A stretch of 64,000 bases of DNA from Batkoa obscura. Taxonomy: Eukaryota. Under the pieces are notes generated by a model. The model made no database searches, had not been told where the DNA came from, and worked only from the letters and a program-made list of their open reading frames with translations. Shown one piece after another: positions 52,958-64,000 of the stretch. How positions within the stretch are numbered: position 1 is the stretch's first letter; every line of letters starts with the position of its first letter. A program made the translations under genes and the position numbers. Location of the stretch: positions 1,054,001 through 1,118,000 of the forward strand of contig JASVEC010000010.1 of NCBI GenBank assembly GCA_030770535.1. The letters run 5' to 3'.

Positions 52958-53235
52958 TTTATTTTTATTTCAACAAAAAATAAAGTCAAATAACCCTATT
53001 TATATAATTATGTATTTATATAATTATATAATCATATAGTTATATATTATATATCTGTTAAATATCTAACAGAACTAACATAAAATACATAGTTAGGAAA
53101 ATTAGCTATTTAAGAAAAGGAAACAATTAAAATAAGTTTTAAATAGAGACATTTAATTTTAGGCTTTTTAGATTTAACCGTTATATTGGACACAAACTTG
53201 AAATTTTAAATTTGGATTAATTTCTAAGTAGATTC

Positions 53236-53257
53236 TGAAACCAATTAGGACAGCCCC
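53236..53257 (-). repeat. Putative terminal inverted repeat of the autonomous element
   Basis: Reverse complement GGGGCTGTCCTAATTGGTTTCA followed by ATAT, 300 bp upstream of the transposase ATG. Confidence 0.65.
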
Positions 53258-53443
53258 ATATAAAGATGTTTTTTTGATAAAGATTCATTGGCATTTTTTC
53301 CAGTCAATAACATTTAAAAATAAAATAAAATAAAATAATCAAGACACATCTATTATTTGAAATTGGTTTTTGCTTTTATTTTTATAAAATGTCAAATCTA
53401 AATTCAACTGCTTTTAATTTATGTCTTAAATTTTTTAACTTAT

Positions 53444-53541
53444 GGGGGTGTTTTTTTGACTTCATTACTTTTTCCATCTTTTAAGCGCTATTTTGGTAGA
53501 AAAATTGTTAGTAAAATTCTTAAATACAAAAGTATATCTTC
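53444..53541 (+). mobile_element. 98-bp MITE copy
   Basis: Exact TSD TTAT/TTAT. A more degenerate copy lies at ~53262-53352. Confidence 0.88.
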
Positions 53542-53781
53542 TTATTATAAATCAATTATTAATTTTAATTTTAATTTTTTTTATTATAGTTCAAATAACA
53601 ATAAAATGCTTTAAACTTTTATTTTTTTTAGACCATTTAATTAATAGTTATTTACATTTTTAAACATTATTAAAACTTCATTGTTATTATTTATAAATTT
53701 TCCGAATTTCTTAAATAACTATTAAAATAACAATTAATATAATGTCTTATAATATTAGAAAAACTTAACACTACTTTATAT

Positions 53782-54597
53782 TGTGAAATATCGCCGTCAC
53801 CCCCATGGTTAATTATAGCATAACAATCGCCTAAGCTGTTGTGTTCTCGAGTCCAGAGAAAATCAGTCCCACGTTCTTAGTTTGATTTGATATGAGAATT
53901 TCTATCTTCGTCTCAAAGAATATTCTCCCGTCGTTTTGATATTTATACTTATCGGAGTATAAAAGAGATTCTAAAACATAATAGCTCGAGGCTTTTTAAC
54001 TGAATTATTTCCTGATGTTTTATCTTTAATAAAGCTATTAAATCCTTATGATAATATTCTACGTAGACTTTATAGTATTATTATCTATTCTATTTGTCTT
54101 ATATAGTCTGTGAAATATCGCTTTGTCAGTCCCATGGTTAATTATAACATAACAATCGCCTAAGCTGTTGTGTTCTCGAGTTCAGAGAAAATCAATCCCA
54201 CGTTCTTAGTTTGATTTGTTATGAGAATTTCTAGCTCCATCCAAAAGAATATTATCCTCTCATTTTGATATTTATACTTTTCAGAGTATAAAAGAGTTTA
54301 CAGAGTATAGTAGTTCGAGGCTTTTTGACTGAATTATTCCCTGATATCTTGAACATTTAATAAAGCCACTAAGTTTTCTTAATAGTATTTTACGTAGATT
54401 TTACATTAGTGTTGTCTATTCTATTTGTCTTATATAGCTTGTAACCTATTACGTGCTATTCCTCATAATCCAAGTCTATCTTAGTCACATAAACTAAGAC
54501 CTTTCGGCTTATAGTGTAGTCAACCCAGCAATAGCTGTTCTTGACTCCAAACCCTGAATACCAGACTTCACATAGTCCATAGCCTATTACATTATAT
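53782..54597 (+). mobile_element. Older LTR interrupted by a same-family solo LTR and truncated by a MITE
   Basis: Starts TGTGAAATATCG; aligns with 54109-54440; resumes at 54578 after the TSD. Confidence 0.75.
54109..54572 (+). mobile_element. Solo LTR (464 bp)
   Basis: TGTGAA...TTCACA termini with exact 5-bp TSD TAGTC (54104-54108 and 54573-54577). Confidence 0.88.
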
Positions 54598-54640
54598 GGG
54601 GGTGTTTTTTTTGACTTCATTATTTTTTCCATTTTTTAAA
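54598..54640 (+). mobile_element. Truncated MITE (left half)
   Basis: ATAT|GGGGGTGTTTTTTTGACTTCATTATTTTTTCCATT. Confidence 0.75.
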
Positions 54641-55115
54641 TAAAAAATATCTAATCAGTATAGCTTATCAAACATTAAATATTAAATATTTACTAAATTA
54701 TCAAGGATAAAAACTATTTATTTACAAAAACCGCATTTTTTTAAAGTGTTTAAGAGTTTACTTTTTTACACATATTTTTAATTTCAGCCATTTTTATTTA
54801 TATATAAATAATACTTATAAATAAAGTAAATTTTAGAAATATAAAATATTCACATTACTAATTTTTTATAGCTAATATTTTTTGTTAGCTTTATAGATTA
54901 TTTTTAAAAAATGTTATGAGATAGAACAATAAAAATTTAGTAAGTTTTTTATATTTAGAAGTTATAATTTTGTTTTTTTGTTAATTTAATTGTGTAATTT
55001 TTTGATAACATGTTCATTGTATTGTTTATCTTTTTAGTATCAAATAATTAAAAACTAGTTAATTAATCAATTTTATAATAAAAATGTTTATTTTATTTTA
55101 TTTTTAATAAAATAT

Positions 55116-55212
55116 GGGAATGTATTTTTGTGTTTAAGAATTTTACTAATAATCTTTCCACTCAAATATTGTTTAAAAATGGAAGAAGTAATGAAGTCAA
55201 AAAAACATCCCC
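55116..55212 (-). mobile_element. MITE copy
   Basis: GGGAATGT...ACATCCCC, TSD ATAT/ATAT. Confidence 0.9.
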
Positions 55213-55615
55213 ATATTCTAAATTTATAAATCAATAATAACATCTAATATATAAATTAAATACTATAATTGATTTGATTTTTAAAATACCAATTATAAAT
55301 AAAATGTAGGTAATAAACAAGTTGATTATAAATATCTAATATTTAATAAACTATACTGGTCGAACATTTTTTTAAAATCCTTCAAATATTAAAATAATTT
55401 ATCAAACTAAATTGTCAATGTTAAACTTAAACAAATATAACTAAGTTGATAAAGAAAACTAGTTAAGCAAAACAAATTTTTTAATTGGGTAACTTGACTA
55501 AATTTAGTTGTGTTAAAAATTATATTATATTACAATTTTAATTTTACCCATCATGTTTTATAACGAGGATACCTGTTAGCTTAAAGTACTAAAATTTCGT
55601 TTTATAAAAACATTT

Positions 55616-55712
55616 GAGGGCGCTTTTTGGTTTCATTATTTTTTCCATCTTTTAAGCGCTATTTGAGTAAAAAAATTGTTAATAAAATTCTTAAATACAA
55701 AAATACATCCCC
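55616..55712 (+). mobile_element. MITE copy
   Basis: GAGGGCG...ACATCCCC, TSD ATTT/ATTT. Confidence 0.88.
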
Positions 55713-55948
55713 ATTTATTAAATAATAGTAATAAATGAATAAAATATTATAGTAAAGTAATAAAAAAAATAGTTTACAATTAAATATTTTCAAAACATTT
55801 TGTTTTGCATTTCATAAAAAGTTATTATCAATTAACTTATTAGAGGAAATAAATTGAATAAAATAAAATAAGATAAAATAAAAGATAAACAGATACCAAA
55901 AAGCTAGAAACAATAAAAAATAAGCCAATAATGTTTATTAAAATCTAC

Positions 55949-58900
55949 TTAAATATTAGGAGTACCAAATCCACCACCTCCCGGGGTTAAAATGATAACT
56001 CTATCCCCTTTTTCTACTTTAACCGATGCTTTACCCCCAATATTAAGTTTCAATCCATTCTTTTTAATTAAAAGATTTTGACCTGGTTGAGCGCTTAAAC
56101 CACCATTTAAGCCATAAGGAGATCTGGCTCTTCTTTCAGATAAAATATTAACATCCATTGACTTTAAAAATTCAACTTCTCTCTTTACTCCATTACCTCC
56201 ATTAAATTGACCTAATCCACCAGAACCTAATTATAATAGATTAGTTATTAATAAATTAATCGTTTGTATTAATTCTATCACCTTCACGTATACCAAATTC
56301 TCTTAAAATCACTGGATATCTCTTTTCTAAGATCTCTACATCCGTAATCCTAGTATTAGTCATATGTACATGCACTCCAGACTGTCCATGCCAACTTGGT
56401 CCAGCACCTGAGCCACCAGCGATTGTCTCGTAGTAACCAAAGGTAGCATCACCAAATGTTAAATTATTACAACAACCTTGAGAAGCTGCTGCAGCATTAA
56501 ACGCTTTAAAGATAGTATCACATACCCTTTGAGAAGTAGTAACATTGCCACCAACTACAGCAGCTTCGGGGGATGGATTAAGTAGACATTGATCTGGTAT
56601 AATAATACTTATAGGTTCTAAACAACCTGAATTTAATGGGATGGCTTCATCAATTAAACATCTTAAACAATATAAAATAGCAGAGTGAGTAACTGCTTTT
56701 GGTGCATTAAAATTATTATAAACTTGTTCTGTTGTACCATCAAAATTGAATTCTGCGCTTCCATCTTTATTAATTATTATTTTCAATTTGATTCTACTAC
56801 CATCATCCATAAAATCTTCACTTTGTAAGATTCGATTTTCTTCTCCTTCTTTAATAAACTTCTTTAATAAAGATCTTACTGCAGAATTAGCATTTTGTCT
56901 AATAAATTTCATATAACTTAACACTACATTAAGTGAATTATCATTAATAAGTTGATTTACTAATTGAATACCAATGTTATTAGCAGCTACTTGTGCCTTT
57001 AAATCGGATAAATTATCTTCCCAACATCTCGTACCAGAACTATTTAAATGATTTAATTTAGGTTGATTAACTAAAACATCTCTGATCTTATCATATTGAA
57101 ACACGTTATCTTCTACCAATTTTAAAGATAGAATAGAGGCTCCTTCTTCACTCAAATATTTAGAATTTGGTGGCATTGAGCCTGGTAAAATACCACCAAT
57201 ATCTGCATGATGGGCACGATTAGCTACAAAGAATACAATTTGATCTTTATAAAATACTGGTGTAATTACTGTGATATCGGGTAAATGAGAACCGCCAGCT
57301 ACTGGATGATTAGTAACTATAACATCCCCTGGTTTCAATCTCAAATTTATATCTTTTTTACTTAATTCATTATAATGTTCTATTTGCCATTTTACTGCAA
57401 AAGATAAGGACCCTAAATGTACTGGAATATGCGGGGCATTTGCTATTAACCCACCTTCAGGTCCAAATAAAGCACATGAAAAATCTAAACGTTCTTTAAT
57501 GTTTGTTGAAACTGAAGTTTTTTGTAATGTCCTTCCCATTTGCTCAGCAATAGCCATAAATCGATTACTAAAGATGGACAATTTTATGGGATCTGCTTTG
57601 ATTTCGATAGTTTGATCCATCGTGTTAGTGATACCAGTATTATTATTATCACTATTAGTCTTTTTAATAATGATGTGATCCTTTGAAATTAAAGCCAACC
57701 AATTAGGTTCAATTAAATTGGCAGAATTAGGTTCAACAATTAAAGCAGGCCCAACAACAACATCTCCTTTATTTAAATCATTTAGTAAATAAACTTTGGT
57801 ATCTAACCAACCATTTTCAAAGTATACTTTTTTTACAAACTTTTCTTTAATGTTACTTTCTTTTGCTGAACAATTTTCAATTTCTTCATAAACTGTTAAT
57901 TCTTGATCTTCGCTAATCGTAATTTCATTTTTGCCGATTCCACTTACTCTAATGTCATCTACAATTATTTTTTTATCTTTTAACAGAAATCCAAATTGCT
58001 GTAAGTGAGATTGATTAAATTGCTGTTCAAAGCCCGAAATATTTTTATCATCCATTAATATCATTAACGAACAATCTGTGTTATCATATCTTAAATTAAA
58101 ATAAACTTTAAATTCAATTCTATCTTCATTAATACCTTTACTATTAAATTCATCTTTAACTTTTTCTTTTAATTGTTGAATTATTTGATTCAATATATTG
58201 AAATTCTCTTCAATTAATGGATAACTAGTAGGTTGTTGTTGCTCATAAACAATTTCAGCTAAGGATAATCCATAAGCAGATAAAATAGAGGAATATTTAT
58301 GAATTAATACCATTTTTATACCTAATAAATTAGCAATTGAACAAGCATGTTGTCCACCAGCACCACCAAAGCAACATAATATATGTTTACTAGTATCCCA
58401 ACCTTTATTTTCAGTTAATCCACGAATGGGTCGAGCCATTGCTTCATTAGCTACTTTGATGAATCCATACGCAATATCTTCAACACTTAATTCAACTTTA
58501 TCTTCATTGTTAATTTGTAATTGTACTTTCTCAAAGGCTTTATAAGTACTATTGTAATCCAATGCTTCATCTTCTTTAGGTCCAAATATCTTTGGAAATA
58601 ATTCTGGAATTAAGCGTCCTATTTTGAATATTAATAACTATTTTTATATAAAATAAAACTACTTTAACTCACCTAATAATAAATTGGCATCTGTAACTGC
58701 AAGCGCACCTCCTTTTCTATAACAAACAGGGCCTGGGGAAGCGCCTACAGAAGAAGGCCCAACTTGAAATAAACCTCTTTGGTAAACCAACTTTGAACCA
58801 CCACCTGCAGCAACAGTAGAAATTTCTAACTGAGGCGATTGAATAATAACCCCGCCCGTATTTGATTCAAATACATGCTCTAAATTACCATCAAATCTAG

Positions 58901-59966
58901 ATACATCAGTACTAGTACCACCCATATCAAATCCAATAATAGGTAATTTTAAATTATTATTATAACTTGTTTTACTGTAACCAATAACACCACCAGCAGG
59001 TCCAGATAATATGGCTTTTAAACCACTAAATTTATCTAATGTGCTTAATCCACCATCACTTTGCATAAATAACAATTTGTTTTCCATTTCACCTTCAAAT
59101 TTATTTGAGAAAGATTTTATATAATTTTGAATATGTGGGGTTAAATAACCATCTACACAAGCAGAGGATGTTCTTGGTAAATATTTAATCATTTTAATTG
59201 TATCGGAAGATAATGTAATATTCTCAAATCCCATTCTTTTGGCTAATTGACCTACTATTTGTTCATGTTGATCATATAAATAAGAATGTACAAAACAGAT
59301 AGCAACAGATTTAATTCCGCTTTCCAATAATTCTTTTAACTTCTTTTCAACTATTTTGAGTTCAGGTTCCTTTTCAACAACTATTTTATCCCCAGTTTCA
59401 GTTTGAATACCTCCTTCTTTAACAATGGTTATTCTTTCATCAACTTCAATCACTTTTTCATACAAAATACTTGGTTTAATACATTTCAAATCAAAAATAT
59501 TAGGCCTTGCTTGAGTACCAATCTCTAAAACATCTTTAAATCCACTAGTAGTAATTAAACCTAGTCTTTCTCCTTGTCTTTCTAATAATGCATTGGTAGC
59601 TACAGTAGTCCCCATCCTTATACTCTCTAAAAGTTTGTTAGGATAAAATTATGTTTAATTAATTTTTAAATAACCTATTTTATCCAAGTTAATCTTTTCA
59701 TCTCGAGATAAATTGACCTTGTAGATATCAGATAAAAGTCTTCTTATACCTTCTGTTGGTGCATCTTCATAATTCGCTTTATCTTGACTTAATAATTTAA
59801 TCACTTTAGTTTGAAGAGTCCATTCATCATTCTAAATATTTTAGTTTTAATTATTTTTTTATACTATAATAATTACTATCTTCTCTTCCCAACAAGCAAA
59901 GCAATCAGTAAATGTACCGCCTCTATCAATTGAAATACGGACTTTTTGAATAACTGTTTCTTTCAT
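55949..59966 (-). CDS. OXP1: 5-oxoprolinase (ATP-hydrolysing), 5 exons
   Basis: SIDRGGTFTD, MGTTVATNALLER, FDMGGTSTDVSR, NIKERLDFSCALF, HMTNTRITD, TPGGGGFG. Confidence 0.95.
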
Positions 59967-60448
59967 TTGGTTTTTACTTAATAAAAATAGTCTTTCATTT
60001 TATGTTTTTATACTCTAAGTTCAAATTACTAATCAATTTTAATAGCATTGAGTTAAAAAAATCCATGATGTCACGTAACAACTTTTGAACACTTTTATTG
60101 GCACTGTTTATCCCATTTAAAAGAATAGCAATGATTATAATCAAGTAACTAAATTAACACGTATAGCATTTACTTAAACACACCATACCAGTTTTCTTTT
60201 TTAACTATCCAGTTTTTCAACATTTATTTATCAGCTTTTCATTTAGTACTATTATTTGAACTTTCTAAAAGCAGAAAACATTAATTGAAACTGACATACA
60301 AACTATTAAAAAATTGTCACAACCATTTTATAATCCCGTAGAATCAAAAGCGAAAACCGAGATGTTTAAATAGAAAGATATTATAAGGTAATACTATACA
60401 AAAAACAAAACCCTGATTACAAAAAAATACTTTATTTCATCCCCAAAG

Positions 60449-63400
60449 TTATTGTTCTTCCACCTCATTAGAATAATGATATGAATGTTTCCTCATTTGG
60501 GCAAGTTGTGCTCTAGCAACCGCCAATTCCTTTTCCAATTTAAGAATGGATACCTGTTGCTCCATCTCTTTAACTTTAAACTCATGTGGTGCTACATTAG
60601 ATAAATCCATCGAACTACTTTGTTGTTTTTCTGATAATGCTTTAACTGCTTTAACTAATCCTTTAGAGGCATTAGTTACTGCTTTCGATGCTTCTTCCAA
60701 TTGATTTTGTGTTTTAGAATGTAAACTAGCTTTAACCCTAGAAGCAGCTACCAATTGAGCAGTAGCGGCTGATACCTCATTACAAGCAACCATCAATTGT
60801 TCAAGGCTATGAGTACCATGGATTACACCATCCGCTGATTCTACTAAATAATTGGTAGCCATGGCTACTGCTTTTGCTGCTGATATTAAACCTTCGGTCC
60901 ATCGATTATTCTTTTTATAAAACGCTGTTTTTGTGCTTGACCCCTTACCTTGAGTAACAATTTCTTGTTGAGAAGCAGTAGCACATTTAATAAGGTGAGC
61001 AATGGCATTAGTAATAGCCATAGCCGAATCTAAAATTGAAGAATGGACTTGGCGATCAATGGTGGTAAGCTTAGGATCCATAGGTTTATTCATTAATGTT
61101 GATAATTTCATTGTAGCTTCTTCAATTGCTTTAGCAGCATTTAACATCTCTCTTTCTACTAAATCACCTAAATCCTCCATGGAATTCTTAATTTCTAAAG
61201 TACTAGCATCTTTAACTACTAATTTTTCAGTCAGTTTGGCTACTTCTGAAAGACTAGATTGAATTTCTTTATTAGCCATAGCTACAATTTCAGGTCTAGA
61301 AGTAGCTGGCACACTTGAAAGCTTATCTGAAAGTAATTTAGTAAAGAAAGCTTTAATAGATCTACCACTTAATAATGTTTCAGAAGTTAATAGCTCTACC
61401 ATATTGTCTTCAGCTAATCTAGTAACTCCTTTAACTTCATTTAACAATTGACCAGATAATTGGGTAAAGTTAATAGCTAAGCTAATTACTTCGGAATGTT
61501 CTGCGTGATCCGAAAGATAACCATAAAGTATAGCTGAAAATTCATTGGAAGCAGTAATTGTACTTTCAATCAAAGATAAAGCATGTTCTGGTGTAGCAGC
61601 TACATTACCTTGAGCATTAGTAGACTCAAAATCAAAAATAGATTGATCCATTTTTTCAATACAACTTCTAAAAATGGAGTCTAAAATTTTATTAAGCTTT
61701 AAGTTATGCTCTGAATTCAATGTAACCAATTTTCTTTGAAATCCAGTGGATGTTTGGTTAGTTGAATCTTGTGTTTGTTTTAAAGCGATCAATGTTTGGT
61801 CCATAGCTGCTTGTAATACATTAATTTCTTCATCTTTATTTACTCTTAAATTATTCAATTCTTCTCTCACTGTATCTAAACTACCTTGTAACTCCATCAT
61901 CTCTTTCATTTTAATACTGATCTGTTGATTAAGATTTTGTTTTTCTCTTTCAAAGCGTTGCATTAATTGTGCTACTTCAGCTCCCTTACTTTGTCCAAGT
62001 TCGTTTAATTGACTACGCATCATTTCACTCTCTCTACGTAGGCGATTCATTTCTTCTTGATGAGCTACATTTAATCGATTGAGTTCTGCTTGTGCACGAT
62101 CACGTTCAGTAGCCATTTGAGTGACCTGTGCTGCTTTGGTTTGGGTCTCATGTTTCATTCTTTCCATAGCTCTGACAGCTTCACCAGCTTGACCCAATTT
62201 AGATGTAGCTTGTTTATATTTATTCAATAGATCCAAATGTTCTTGACGTAATTGAGCATAGGATTTAGCTAAAACTTCATATTTTGATTTCCACATATTT
62301 ACTTGATCTTCCAATGATTTTAGCATGGCAGTACTATTTTGTTCCTGTTGGTTTAATTGAATTGTTTTTAATTGAATTTCCCTTTCAAGTTGTTGACTTC
62401 TGCCCTGATTTTGCTGATATAAAAGTTGATCTCTTTCATGTCTCGCTCTTAAATTAAATATCTCTTGTTCAAGCTCTTGTAATCGACCATGAACTTGTCT
62501 TTGAATTTGGTTTTGTTGCATTCTTTGGAGTTCTTCTTGTTCTCTTTTCTGTTGTTGGATGAGTTGATCCTCATAAGCACGCTGCTGTTCTTCATAAGCT
62601 CTTTGTTGCTGTAAACGTTCTTGCTCCATCCTTTGTTGTAATAAAATTGAATTTTGCTTTTCTTGTTGTAACCTTTCATATTCTTTTTGTTGTTGTAAAA
62701 GAAACTCTTGACTCATTTCGGGTAAAGGTGCTGGTGGTGGTGGTGTTGACACATTACGAGTAACTTCAAGTCTGCGACTTGGTTCTCCAGGTACAAAAGA
62801 GGGTGGATCTTTTGACAATTCAGGGACGGTAATTAAGGAGGTAAGGTATCTAATTTGTGAACACTCAAAATAAAATTGACGATTATTTTCATGAAGCTCA
62901 TAAAACTTATTTTTTAATGGTACTAAAGCTTCTTTGATTTCAATTGATTGATACATAGCTGTAAGCATAGATTTTATAAATGTATAAATAGCAAATGACT
63001 CTTGAACTAATGGTACTAAACAAGATATCTTACACTCATTATTTGGGGATCCGCCAAGTGAGCGAAATACTTGTCGATGGAAACCATCTTGACGTTCAGC
63101 TAGTGAAATTAATTGTCCAATAGTTTCATAACCTGCATTTGGATCTGATACACCTCGCATACTTAAATAATCGTCATAATCAAAGTTAGCAGGAAACTCT
63201 GGATTTTGACGATGAAAGTCAAGTTTATTAAGTATATACTCAATATAACCACGAATCAATGGACCATAGCCAAAATTATCATTCGAAAATAAATTACGTC
63301 CTAAACTTTGAATAAAACTAACTTCGTTAAAACTTTCTCTTAAGACCTAATCGAATTTTAATTAATATTGTCTTTTCTAGTTTAAGTTCTATTTACATTT

Positions 63401-63729
63401 GGATGCCCATCACGAATAACTTTATGGATGGTAATTAAAGCTTTAAAACATTGAACTTCGTCTGAACTTAAAGGCTGTGATTGCATACCAGACCAAAAAG
63501 AACGAGAAGATTTGAAGTCTTGAGTGAATACGATACAAGCTAAAATATAAAAAAAACTTCATTAAACCCTACTACTAACAAAAAAGTTAAAAAATATCCA
63601 CTTACTTCTAACATGTTTTTGCTTTGGCGCACTTTCTTCAATACTCGTTGCCTTTTTAATGGCTTGAGCTAACTCTTGTTCCGCTTTATTCGGATCAATC
63701 TGTCGACTGGATAATGAATTACTAAACAT
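60449..63729 (-). CDS. SLA2: Endocytic adaptor Sla2/End4/HIP1R, 3 exons
   Basis: ANTH (KKATSIEESAPKQKHVR), coiled coil, I/LWEQ-THATCH (FYKKNNRWTEGLISAAKAVA, EMEQQV). Confidence 0.95.
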
Positions 63730-64000
63730 TAAAAAAATAAAATAACACTTTTGAAAAATAAAAATTCTTTTTTGTTTCACTTCTTGACTTTAAAAACTGA
63801 GTTAAAATTGATTGGTTAAATTTATTGATCTCCAATCAATTCAATGTTCGATTTTATTATATTGCAAGCTGAGAAGTGGTATATCAGCTATAAATAGGTT
63901 GAGGTTATTTTATCATTTGATGCAGTTTATTTCAAACTTCCGATTAGAAGTATTAATAATCTGAATAATATAGCATAATCAGAACCATATTAGGTAAGGT

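Noticed and set aside
10008..55712. MITE copies as a CRISPR array or REP-like system
   Set aside because: Dispersed, in both orientations, with TSDs; no spacers or cas genes; eukaryotic context.

Overview
AT-rich eukaryotic DNA with many short (about 40-120 nt) GT-AG introns. It is best read as an early-diverging fungus, probably Entomophthoromycotina/Conidiobolus-like; this is an inference from gene content (class-A-like GPCR, neurochondrin, S41 peptidase, Kunitz protein). About 20 protein genes are present: GPCR, MSS4-type PIP5K, neurochondrin, S41 peptidase, DDX42, GGPP synthase, two Thr-rich secreted paralogs, RAD18, HIT protein, citrate carrier, PQ-loop transporter, RSE1/SF3B3, an AhpD/Pxp2-like gene missed by the ORF track, PMR1, RRP1, a C2H2 protein, a 3x Kunitz inhibitor, 5-oxoprolinase and SLA2. 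Main discoveries: (1) a DNA-transposon system, consisting of a Sola2-like DDD transposase pseudogene and about 18 copies of a ~98-bp GGGG...CCCC MITE with 4-bp TSDs (plus ~190- and ~254-bp relatives), with one MITE inserted into the transposase itself; (2) an AT-AC U12-type intron in RAD18; (3) a solo LTR nested in a same-family LTR with a 5-bp TSD; (4) a secreted triple-Kunitz inhibitor with extra cysteines, bracketed by transposon-end repeats; (5) apparent gene conversion between the Thr-rich paralogs; (6) two unannotated homologous Cys-rich pseudogenes. All calls were made by eye without database searches, so multi-exon coordinates are approximate.
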